Assembly: GCA_013115125.1 (NCBI GenBank)
Contig: JABANN010000008.1
Span: 124,001-175,434, forward strand
Length of the DNA stretch: 51,434 nt
Direction: 5' to 3'
Source of the DNA: Perkinsus olseni
Lineage: Eukaryota
Shown here piece after piece: positions 1 through 12,000 of this stretch (its first letter is position 1; the number at the start of each line of letters is the position of its first letter). The translations under genes and the position numbers were made by a program. The notes under the pieces were generated by a model. It was not told the DNA's origin, did no database searches, and worked only from the letters and a program-made list of their open reading frames with translations.

Positions 1-3000
1 CGATCCTTCTCGAAACTCGCTGGTACGGTGTCCTTCCTGGATTATACTGTCATCGGCTCGTCGATGTCCCTCCGTGCCATGGCGAGGTTCGGCAGCAGCG
101 TGTCGGTTGTGGGCGTGGCTAAGATTGAAGGAGCTCTCTCTGTTATGGACCGAGTACGCTTCGGCTCTGTCCTGTCGGTGTTGGACGCCACACAGTTCGG
201 TTCGTCACTGTCCATTCGCTCCTTCGCCCGACTCGGCTCCAAAACCTCTGTCATGGACTATGTGCAGCTCGGCTCTGCGCTCTCACTGAGGTCAGCACTT
301 CGTTTGGGTAGCGGCTTCTCGACATTGGGTGCCGTTCGCCTCGCCTCCGCGTTGAGCGTGGCTGACAGCGGCCACTTCGGCAGTTCACTATCCCTCCGCA
401 GCTTCGCTCGGGCAGGGTCATGTGTGTCAGTCCTGGAGCGCGTTGCCTTCAGTAGCTCCCTGTCACTGCGTAGCTTCGCTCGCATGGGCAGCCGAGCCAC
501 GGTAGTTGATTTCGCTCATATGGGTTCGACTCTGTCGATGCGCTCCTTCTCGAGGCTCGGCAGTGGTATGAGCATCTACTCCACCACCCGCCTCGGTGAG
601 ATGGTATCGGTCGTGCAAGAGATTCACCTCGGCTCATCGCTCTCCTTGCGGTCATTCGCCAGGATAGGCTCCTACGCAAGCGTCACGGACTATGTGCAGC
701 TGAGCTCATCTCTGAGCGTACGGTCCATAGCAAGAATAGGGTCAGCGATGAGCGTAACGGGGGTCCTTCGATTCGGCTCTATCGTCGCTCTCTCTGTCGT
801 TGGCTACACCCACCTGGGGTCCTCTCTGTCTCTTCACAGCTTCGCTCGGCTGGGTAGTGGTATATCGGTTGCCGCTCCAGCGCACTTCGGCAGCGCGGTG
901 TCTTCCCAGGCGTTCACTAGGGTCGGCGACGTCCTATCTGTTCTCGGCTCGACCGCTCTGGGCTCATCTCTCTCGCTACGGTCGTTCTCACGCCTAGGCA
1001 GCAGGGTGTCTCTGGTGGATCAAGCAGCACTTGGAAGCTCCCTCAGCCTGCGCTCCTTCGCCAGGCTGGGCAGCACTGTTTCAGTAACGGACTCGGTGAG
1101 AATCAGCTCTGGCCTCTCGGTAGTGTCTGTCGCCAAATATGGCGATGCTCTCACGCTTCTCGGCAGAGCTCAGCTAGGGAGCAGTTTATCTCTGAGAAGC
1201 TTCGCTCGTCTCTGCGGGAAAGTTTCCGTCCTTGATGCTACTGCTCTCGGAAGTGCGCTATCTCTACGGGACTTCGCTCGACTCGGCAGCAGCATATCGC
1301 TGCTAGGCGGTGCCGTCGTTGGTAGCACGTGCTCGGTCCAGGAGCTAACTCGGGTGGGAGCTTCGATCTCGGCTCTCAGCTTCGCCCATCTGAGCTCGTC
1401 CCTGTCGGTTCGCTCCTTCGCTCGCTTCGGCAGCAAGGCCTCGATCCTCGACTTCTTACAGGTTGGCAGCTCCCTTTCCGTCAGAAGCTCCATCCGCTGT
1501 GGTAGCGCAGTGTCTCTCCTGGGCCTGGCTCGGCTTGGCTCGGTTTATAAGCTCAGCGTGATCGACTCGACGTCCTTGGGCTCGTCACTGTCCCTGAGAG
1601 CGGTGACCCGTTTGGGATCCTCGGCGTCCCTCCTGAGCAGCGCTTCTCTCGACAGCTCCTGTTCTGTACTCGACAGCCTCACCTTCGGTAGCGCGCTCTC
1701 CCTGCGAAGCTTCGGCCGACTAGCAAGCAAGGCTAGTGTTCTCGACTTTGCCCAGCTCGGCAGCAGCCTGTCCCTGCGCTGCTCGGCTAGGCTGGGATCC
1801 GACCTCTCCGTCGTGGGTGTCGCTAAGATCGGTTCGGCTCTATCTGCTATTGGTAGTGCTGAGCTCGGCTCTTCACTATCACTGAGGTCGTTCGCTCGAC
1901 TGGGCTCGAAGCTGACCGCCCTCGACTACGTCAACTTCGGTTCATCTCTGAGCCTCCGCTGCAGTGCCCGGCTGGGATCCTACATGTCCGTCCTCGGCCG
2001 GTGTAGAGTCGGGTCCTCCGTCTCGATACTGGACCGCACCAGGATCGGTGGTCATGTATCGGCCCTTGACTTCAGCAGTATCGGCTCGTGTTGCTCTGTC
2101 CGCAGCTTCACTCGCTGTGGCAGCTCTCTGTCGACTGTCGACTTCGTCCTCCTTGGCAGCCAGTTGTCCCTGCGCGGCGCAGCCAGGCTGGGAAGCGGAC
2201 TATCGGTCACGGGTCTCACTCGACTCGGCTCCCTCTACAAGATCTCGGTCTTGGCAGCCACCAACTTCGCCAGCTCACTATCCCTCCGGAGCTTCGCTCG
2301 ACTCGGCTCGTCGCTTTCCACCCAGAGTGCGGGATCTTTCGGCTCATCAGTTTCGGTGGTAGGCACCTCCGAAATGGGTTCTTCCCTCTCGTTGAGATCA
2401 TTCGCTCGACTGGGAAGCAAGCTTTCCATTGTTGAGTCAGCCGCTCTGTCGAGCTCTCTATCATTACGGAGCATGATCAGGCTCGGAAGCTCAATGTCAG
2501 TCCTGAGTATTGCCAGAGCTGCATCCTCCATCTCTGTGGCGTCCTTCGCTAACTTCGGCTCTAGCCTGTCGATCCGCAACCTCGCGCGTATTGGAGGTCA
2601 GCAGTCCGTGCTGGAGCAGGTGTCGTTCGGCTCCTCGCTCTCACTGCGGTCGTTCGCTCGGCTGTCTGGCAGTCTGACGGTGTTGGACTATGTGTCTCTG
2701 GGCAGCAGCTTATCCCTGCGTACCATTGCCCGGCTCGGTAGTGGCATATCGGTTGTCGCCGATACTCGAGTCATGGGATCAGTCTCGGCACTGGGGCTGG
2801 CCCGCATGGCATCCACGTGCTCCGTGATGGAAGAAGCATCACTCGGGTCCTCGCTGTCGCTGAGATCTTTCTCAAGGCTCGGTAGCAAGTTCAGTGTCCT
2901 TGACTTCGCGGTTCTCGGGTCCAGCCTCTCTGTCAGAGCTCTGACACGACTGGGCAGCTCGGTGTCGGTACTCGCTCAATCGTCTATGGGATCAGCCATC

Positions 3001-6000
3001 ACGGTATTGGGCCACGCCCACCTTGGGTCATCTTTGTCCCTGCGTTCCTTCGCACGAATGGGCGGTAAACTAAGCGTGATAAACGAAGCCTCACTCGGTT
3101 CGTCGCTCAGCCTGAGAGGTGCTGCCCGCCTCGGCAGTTCCCTATCGGTGACTGGCTTAGCAAGGTTTGGGTCGGTCTATGCTGTCTCCCTCGTCGATGC
3201 CTGTAGCCTGGGTTCCGGTCTCTCCCTGAGGTCCTTCGCCCGACTCGGCAGCTCGCTCTCAGTTACAGGAGCAGCCATCGGTGCATCTTCGATATCGATC
3301 TTGGGTTCAGCATCGCTCGGCAGTGCCCTGTCAGTATTATCTCAGACAGAGCTTGGCTCGTCTCTATCCCTGAGGTCGTTCGCTAAGCTCTCGAGCAAGG
3401 TGTCCGCACTGGACTCCACTGCTCTGGGTAGCTCGCTCTCATTGCGTAGCTCGGCCCGATTGGGCAGTGCAGTATCAGCGTACGGATTGGCCCTCTGGGG
3501 CTCCTCTGTGTCCGCCTTGGGTATGAGCTCGTTTGGCTCATCGCTCTCGCTAAGAGGATTCTCCCGTCTTGGCAGTACCGTCTCGGTATTCTCCGCAGCG
3601 AGCTTCGGCGGCACCGTGTCGGCACTTGGATCCACAGCCTTCGGATCGTCGCTGTCGCTCCGCTCGTTTGCTCGACTCGGAGGTCAGACGTCGGCGTTGG
3701 ACTCGGCCCTGCTGAGCAGCTCTCTATCCCTGCGGAGCATGACTCGCCTTGGCTCTGCTCTCAGTGCGACCTCTAGCATTATCACCGGCAGCACTGTCTC
3801 AGCGCTGAGCTGCGGTAGATTTGGTAGCTCCCTGTCGGTCCTCGACTCGACTGCTCTCGCTTCGTCGTTGTCGCTCAGAGGCTTCGCTAGGTTGGGATCG
3901 GGAGCCTCCGTCCTGGCCTCTGCCCGGCTAAGTGGTGCCCTGTCCGTTACCGACTCCATAGCCTTCGGCTCTTCCCTGTCGGTTCGATCGTTCTCGAGGC
4001 TTGGTGGGCAGCTGTCCGTTGTAGATGCAGCGACCATCTCGAGCTCGCTGTCACTGCGGACTTTCGCTCGTCTCGGCTCCTCCGTGAGCGTCTTTAGCTC
4101 CGCCTCTTGCGGATCCTCGACCTCGTCCCTAGCAGCCACGAGGTTGGGTAGCAGTCTGAGTGCTCTCGACTTCACTGTACTCGGCAGCTCGTTGTCTCTG
4201 AGGAACTTTGCCCGCCTTGGTAGTGGCTTGTCGGTTACTGGCCTGACTAGGACAGGCTCAGTCTATGCTCTATCCGTGATTGCTGGTACTCAACTTGCTT
4301 CGTCGCTGTCCCTCCGATCGTTCGCTCGCATCGGCAGTGGAATGAGCGTCGTGTCGACGGTGCGGGTCTCGGCTGATCTCTCTATTCAGGCAGCCTCTAA
4401 GCTCAGTGACTCGCTGAGTGTGGCTGGATGCGCTCACCTCGGCTCATCTCTATCACTACGTTCGTTTACTCGACTGGGCAGCTCCTTGACGGCTATGGAC
4501 GCCGCTCTTCTTGCAAGCAGTCTCTCGTTGAGGGCCGCCGCTAGGCTTGGCAGCTCAGTCTCCATTACGGGCCTTGCCCGCTTGGGCTCCCTCTACCAGC
4601 TGTCGGTCATAGCTGGCGTCAACTTTGCGAGCAGCCTATCCTTGAGGAGCTTCTGCAGACTCGGGAGCTCGGGCTCGGTGGTCGGCGCTGTAGCACTGGG
4701 TTCTCGGTTGTCCGCGCTCGCCGAGGTGAGGACTGGATCGGCCCTTTCTGTCTTGGACGCTGCCAGTTTCGCTTCGAGCGTATCTTTGCGATCCTTCGCT
4801 CGTCTGGCTTCTAAGGCGTCCCTGCTGGACTACGTGAACATCGGATCCTCCCTGAGCGTGCGTAGCTTCGCCCGGCTATCTGATGACCTGTCAGTTGCCG
4901 AGCGAGTTCGAGTAGGCTCGACTGTTTCTGCTCTGAGTTACGGCAGATTCGGTGGCAGCTGTAGCGTGCTTGACCTGGCCAGCCTGGGATCTTCCCTGTC
5001 CCTCCGATCGTTCGCTAGGCTTTCAAGTCAAGCTTCTGTGCTTGGCAGTGCCGCCTTCGGAAGCTCCCTATCGCTGAGGACCTTCGCTCGACTCAGCAGC
5101 TCCGTTTCGGCCATTGGTATCGGTGTCTTCGGAAGTGCTGTCTCAATATGCAGTCAAGCTCACTTCGGTAGCTCCCTCTCGCTACGGTCGTTCGCCCGTA
5201 TCGCTGGAGCGGTGAGCATCGTCGATCTGGCTAACCTGGGCTCTTCCCTATCAATCAGCAACTTCACAAAGGTTGGCAAATTCGCTTCGGTGTTGGACTT
5301 TGTCCACATCGGCAGCACTCTCTCCCTGAGAGGTGCAGCACGCCTCGGCAGCGGCCTCTCCGTCGCTGGCATCGCCCGCCTGGGTTCTGTCTACAAGCTC
5401 TCAACCGTGGCTTTGACCTCGCTCGGGTCAGCCCTGTCAGTCAGATCCTTTGCCAGGCTAGGCTCGTCCGTTTCCCTTCTGGGCCAGTGCAAGTTATCAG
5501 ACTCGATCTCGGTCGTCAGCTTCGCTAACTTCGGATCATCGCTCTCTCTCCGTTCACTAGCACGTCTGGGCAGCAAGCTCACTGCTCTCGACTATGCCAA
5601 CCTCGGTAGCTCACTATCACTCAGAGCGGCTGCTCGCCTCGGGAGCTCGGTTAGTGCAGCACTGGACAGCTCCGTCTCCGGCAAGGTGTCGATAATCGGG
5701 GCTCTAGCCTTCGGCTCATCGCTCTCCCTGAGATCATTCTCCCGTCTTTCTGGCAAGATCAGTGTGCTCGACGCCGCCACCATCGGCAGCAGCCTCTCGC
5801 TGCGTTGTGCGGCTAGGCTCGGTAGCAGCATCTCTATCATTGGGGTTGTTCGCGCTGGAGATTCGGTATCCGCTCTCGGTGCCTCTATGTTGGGCAGCTC
5901 CTTGACTGCGATCTCTCATACTACTTTGGCAAGCTCTCTGTCTCTTCGATCCTTCGCTAGGCTCGGCAGTAAGCTCACTGCCCTAGACTATGTGAGCCTC

Positions 6001-9000
6001 GGATCGAGCTTATCAGTACGGTCTGCCGTGCGAGCGGGGAGTAGCCTCTCTATCGTCGGCCTTTTCCGTTTCGGCTCGATCTCCGCCATTTCGGTCGTTG
6101 ACTACACTGAGCTTGGCAGCAGCCTATCGGTGAGGTCCTTCTCCAGGCTGGGGAGTTCTCTGTCCGTGAGCACAGATTCCAGCTTCGGGGGAACTTTATC
6201 CACCCTCGGTAGCGCGTCGTTCGGCTCATCGCTGTCGCTTCGGTCATTCGGTCGACTAGGTTCCAGTGTGACTATATGCGACCTCGCCACGATCTCGAGC
6301 AGCTTGTCCTTACGTGGTCTAGTACGGCTCGGTTCGAGTCTGTCGGCCACTGCTGCTGCCAGCTTAGGCGATACTGTATCGGTTCTCGGATCGACACACT
6401 TGGGCTCGTCTCTATCGCTCCGCAGCTTCGCAAGGCTCGGCAGCAAGCTGTCAGTGATTGACTACGTTTGCCTTTCCAGTAGCCTAAGCGTTCGGAGCTT
6501 CGTCCGCTTCGGGAGCGCTTTCAGCGTGGCCGGATCGGCACTGTCGGGCGGATCCACCCTATCTATCCAGAACGAGGTTCACTTCGCCAGCGCCTTGTCG
6601 GTACTGGACGCCACTTGCCTCGGGTCGTCCTTCTCGGTGCGGTCCCTTGCAAGTCTTGGAAGCCGCCTGAGCGTCATGGATTGCGTTATGTTCGGCAGCT
6701 CATTGTCGCTGAGAAGTGCTGCTCGGTTGGGCTCTTCCCTCTCCCTTACCGCTGGAACGAAGATGGCGAGCTGCGTCTCTCTCATTGGCGCGGCTACTTT
6801 CGGCTCTTCTCTATCCTTGAGGTCCTTCGCCTGTTTGGGAAGCGAGACCTCTTGTCTTGACAAAGCCACCTTCGGCTCATCACTGTCTCTGCGCTCCTTC
6901 GCAAGACTGGGTAGTAGGACCTCAGCCATCGACTGCACGCTCCTGAGCTCAGCGTTGTCTCTTCGTGGACTTGCCCGTCTAGGTAGCGGCCTCAGCGTCA
7001 CTGGATTGGCTCGGCTGGGTTCCCTCTATAAGCTTTCCACGATCGACCAGGGATGCCTGGCCTCCAGCTTGTCCCTTCGGTCCTTCGCTCGTCTAGGCTC
7101 AGGAGCAAGCATCCTGGGGAGCACTCGAGTGTCTTCCACTCTCAGCGCTCTCGATGCTATGAGCTTCGGTTCAACACTGTCGGTGCGGAACTTCGCTCGG
7201 GTCGGTGCTCGGCTGAGTGCCTTCGACTGTACCAACTTGGGAAGCTCCCTATCCATGCGGTCATTCGCTAGATTGGGCAGCTCTCTATCTCTACTTGGTG
7301 ATGCCTCTGCCAGCGCATCTTTGTCCGTGATTTCACAGGGCGAGCTAGGCTCGTCTCTCTCGCTGAGATCGTTCGCGCGGCTCGGTAGCTCTATATCCAC
7401 CACTATGGGCGCCCGTATGGCCGGTAGTCTCTCCGTCCTGGGAGCAGCCAGCTTCGGTTCGAGCCTTTCTCTCAAGAGGACAGCTCGTCTATCGTCAGCA
7501 CTCTCCACTCTCGCCCAGACGGCCTTCGGAAGTTCTCTTTCCCTCAGGGCGTTCGCAAGGTTGGGCAGCAGCGCTAGTGTACTTGGCCTCGCCCGAACCG
7601 GATCTGTCTACACTGCATCAGTTCTGTCCGCGGTGAATCTGGGCTCATCGTTGTCTTTGCGGAACTACGCACGGGTCGGTAGTGGAGTCTCGGTGCTTGG
7701 GCTCCTGCGAGTCGGGTCTGCCTACAAGCTTTCGGTGGTCGCCGCTAACACTCTGGCCTCCTCGCTTTCGTTGAGGTCTTTCGCTAGACTGGGCAGTAAG
7801 CTCACTGCCTTAGACTACGTGGCTTTCGGCAGCTCTCTCTCACTCCGATCGAGCGCTCGACTAGCTGACTCTGCCTCGGTCATTAACTGGTGCTCGCTGG
7901 GTTCCTCGCTATCCCTGCGGAGTTTCGGCCGTGTGAGTGGGCATGTCTCCGTGCTCGACTTCCTCGTGCTTGGGAGCTCTTTATCCGTCAGAGCAGCCAC
8001 TCGTATTGGTAGCGGCCTGTCGGTCCATGGACTGCTCAGATGTGGCTCCTTCCAGAGCTTATCGTGCTTCGACAGTCTGACTCTGGGCAGCACTGTGTCC
8101 CTGCGGTCCTACTCCCGGTTCGGGAGCTCTATGTCGCTCTTCGGGGCTGCTACATTTGGTGGAACTATCTCGGCTATGTCCGAGGCCTCACTGGGATCCT
8201 CGCTATCTCTCCGCTCCTTCGCCCGGCTCTGTGGTGCGGTCAGCGTCCTCGACTATGCGGCTCTTGGCAGCGCATTATCGCTACGATGTACTGCTCGTCT
8301 TGGAAGCGGCCTGTCGGTTGTGGGCCTGGCTCGCATCGGCTCATGCTATGCTCTGTCAACGATTGCTAGTACCAGTCTAGCGTCTTCCCTATCGCTTCGG
8401 TCGTTCGCTCGACTCGGCAGCGGCTATTCAGTGCTAGGCACTACCAAGCTCCATGGAAGCCTGTCCGTTCTCGACGTTATGCGCTGTGGGTCAACGATAT
8501 CCATTCGCTCTTTCAGCCGCTTCTCCTCTCGCTGCAGCCTCCTCGACTACGCCGACCTCGGTAGCTCCATCTCTGTACGAAGCTTCTCTCGGCTCGGCAG
8601 TGGCGTCTCGGTGACGGCACCAGCACACGCCGGGTCCACCCTTTCTGCCGTTGCGGCCGCTAGGCTGGGAGATGCTGCCTCCGTATTGGGAGCGACGCAT
8701 TTAGGTAGCAGCTTGTCTCTGAGAAGCTTTGCACGTCTCGGCAGTAAATGCAGCGCCGTGGATATGGCGAGTCTTGGCAGCTCCCTGTCTGTCCGATCCT
8801 TCTCAAGGATTGGCAGCGGCGTTTCTGTCCTCGGCCTAGCACGGGTTGGCTCCATCTACAAGCTCTCTGTGATAGCGTCTACCTCGCTGGGCTCCTCACT
8901 CTCTTTGAGAGGCTTTGCTAGGTTGGGAAGTGCGGTGTCCACGACTTCGGCTGTTAGACTATCTGGCGACCTGTCAATCCTCGGTCTGATCAAGGCCTCT

Positions 9001-12000
9001 AGCAGTGTTTCAGCTCTCGACGCTGTGACCCTGGGCTCCTCCCTCTCGCTGCGGTCATTCGCTAGGCTCTCGTCTAAGATCAGTGTACTGAACTACGCGC
9101 AGCTGAGCAGCTCAGTCTCGATGCGAAGCTTCGCTCGGCTGGGTAGCAGCATCTCTGTTGTGAGTGGAGTTCATGTTGGCTCTACCCTATCAGCTCTTGG
9201 ACACAGTCGATTGAGCGGAGCAGTGTCTGCACTTGCTGCGGCTACCTTCGGATCAAGCCTATCTCTGCGATCGTTCGCTCGTCTGGCTAGCAGGCTGTCC
9301 ATCCTGGACGCAGCGACATGCGCCAGCTCATTGTCTTTGAGGGGAGCAGCACGTCTAGGAAGCGGCTTGAGCGTCTTCGGACTATGCCGGGTTGGTTCCT
9401 TATCTAAGATAAGCATACTGGATTCATCTACGATGGGGAGTAGCCTGTCGCTGAGGAGCTTCGCCCGCCTCGGATCGTCGATGTCTATTATCGGGTCCGG
9501 CGTCTGCGGTAGCAGCTTGTCTGCTATTTCCTCTGCCCACCTGGCCTCCTCGTTATCCCTCCGCTCTCTTGGTCGGTTGGGCAGTAAACTCAGTGTCCTG
9601 GACTTTGCCATCCTCGGCAGCGCGATATCGATGCGCAACTACATGCGCCTCGGTGGCTCGGTCTCGGCTGAAGGCTTCATCAAACTGGGGGCTTCGATAT
9701 CGGCAGTCTCCTTTACCAACATAGGCTCAGCTCTTTCGGTTCGTGCCTTCACACGACTTGGCGGTGTCCTTTCGGTCCAAGACCGCATTGAGCTCGGCAG
9801 CAGTATGTCCCTCCGTAGCTTCGCGAGACTCGGGAGCTCTATGAGCCTCACCAGCTCTATAGTGATAGGCTCTGCTCTCTCAACCCTCGCAGCTTCGGAG
9901 CTCGGCTCTTCCTTAAGCGCGATCGGCCAGGTCGAGTTCGGGTCTTCTCTCTCGCTGAGAAGCTTCTCCAGACTAGGAGCCAAGATGTCGACCTTTGCTT
10001 CGACTGCTCTGGGCAGCTCCCTGTCCCTACGGTCCTTCGGTCGGCTCGGAAGCAGCCTCTCGGTTACCTTCTCTGCCCAGGTAGGCTCAGCCTTGTCAAC
10101 CCTATCGTCAGCCCGCATCGGAGACTCTACGAGCATCCTCGGTCAAGCTGCCTTCGGTTCCTCTCTATCTTTGAGAAGCTTCTCGCGTCTTGGAAGCAGC
10201 ACGTCGTTGCTCGACTTCGCAACGCTAGGCAGTAGCTTCTCGCTAAGATCCTTTGGTCGCCTTGCGAGCGGCTTCTCAGCGGTTGGAGGCGCTCATGTTG
10301 GGTCAAGTATCTCCGTCATTTGCGCCGCCCACTTCGGTAGCTCTATGTCACTACGATCGTACTCTCGTTTGGGGAGTAAGCTCAGCCTACTCTCTGAGGC
10401 AGCCATCTCGAGTTCGATGTCTTTGCGAAGCTTTGCACGACTGGGCAGCAAGCTGTCAGCTCTTAGCGGTGTAGCTCTGAGTTCGTCTTTGTCTCTGAGG
10501 TCTGCTGCACGGCTCGGAAGCTCGGTCTCGGTCCTGGGGCTTGCCCGTATTGGATCGATCTACAAGCTCTCCGTCATTGGAAGTTCCGCCCTTGCATCTG
10601 GCTTGTCATTGCGCTCCTTCGCTCGCGTCGGCAGCTGCGTGTCGGTCCTCGGCGCAGTCAGAGTGCAGAGCGCTCTCAGTGTACAAACACTTACGCGCCT
10701 GAGCGACTCTCTATCGGTCCTGGGAGCTGCAGTGTTTGGATCATCCCTATCACTGCGATCCTTCGCCCGGCTGGGCAGTAAGTGCTCAGCTTTGGACTAC
10801 GCCAACCTTGCCAGCTCGTTGTCTTTAAGAGCAGCATGCAGACTTGGCAGCTCCGTGTCGGTTCTCGGCCTCGCCAGAGTCGGCTCGGTCTACAAACTAT
10901 CTACGATTGCCTTCTCTACGCTGGCTAGCTCCATCTCTTGCCGTAGTTTTGCTCGGCTCGGGTCGAGCATAAGCGCTCTAGCAAATGTCCGTATCTCGAG
11001 CGCCCTCTCTACGGTGGATTACGCAACTTTCGGAAGCACTCTGAGCTGCAGATCCTTTGCACGAGTCGGCGGTAGGCTATCTGTGCTCGAGGAGGTTTCC
11101 TTCGGGAGCAGCCTCTCTCTGCGCCAGTTCGCTCGTCTTGGCAGCGGTGTGAGTGCTCTCGGTAGCGCAAAGCTTTCTTCAGCTCTGTCCGCGGTTGGTC
11201 TCTCCTCTTGCGGAAGCGCCCTCTCTCTGCGGTCCTTCGCGCGATTGGGCAGCTCTATGTCTGCTATGAGTGGTGGCAGGTTTGGTGGCTCGGTGTCCAT
11301 AGTTAGCTGGATACATCTCGGCTCCAGCCTCTCGCTCGGCTCCTTCGCAAGGGTTGCCGCCTCCCTCTCGGCATTTGGCAGTTCCACTCTCGGAAGCAGC
11401 CTGTCGCTGAGGAGCTTCCTTCGGCTCGGCAGCAGCCTTTCCCTCGTCGGAGCTATTACTGGCTCGTCCTCTCTGAGTGCCATTAGTAATGCTCGGCTAG
11501 GGTGTGGAGTATCAGCTCTTGATTCAGCCAATCTGGGATCGAGCCTCTCACTGCGTAGTCTTGCTAGGCTCGGCAGCAGCGTTTCCCTCATCGGCGTAGC
11601 GCGAGCTGCGAGCGCCATCTCGGTGGTGGACAGTGGCACTTTCGGAAGTTCCCTGTCTCTGAGGTCCTTCGCCCGGTTGTCCAGCAGCGTATCGGTAGCC
11701 TCCACGGTGACTGGCGGAAGTGTCTTCTCCACACTGAGCTCAGCTAAGGTCGGCGGGCATGTGTCGGTCATGGAGCAGGCCACTCTTGCCTCGTCGTTTT
11801 CCCTGAGATCGTTCGCTCGTCTGGGAAGCAAGCTGTCGGTTATCGATAAGATCAGTCTCGGCAGTTCCCTTTCTCTCAGAGGGCATGCCAGACTAGGCAG
11901 CAGCTTGTCCGTCCTGGGCTATGTCCGCTGCGGATCTACGGCGGCCCTCTCTATCACTGATTCGGTCGACCTTGCTTCGAGCTTATCTCTCCGATCCTTC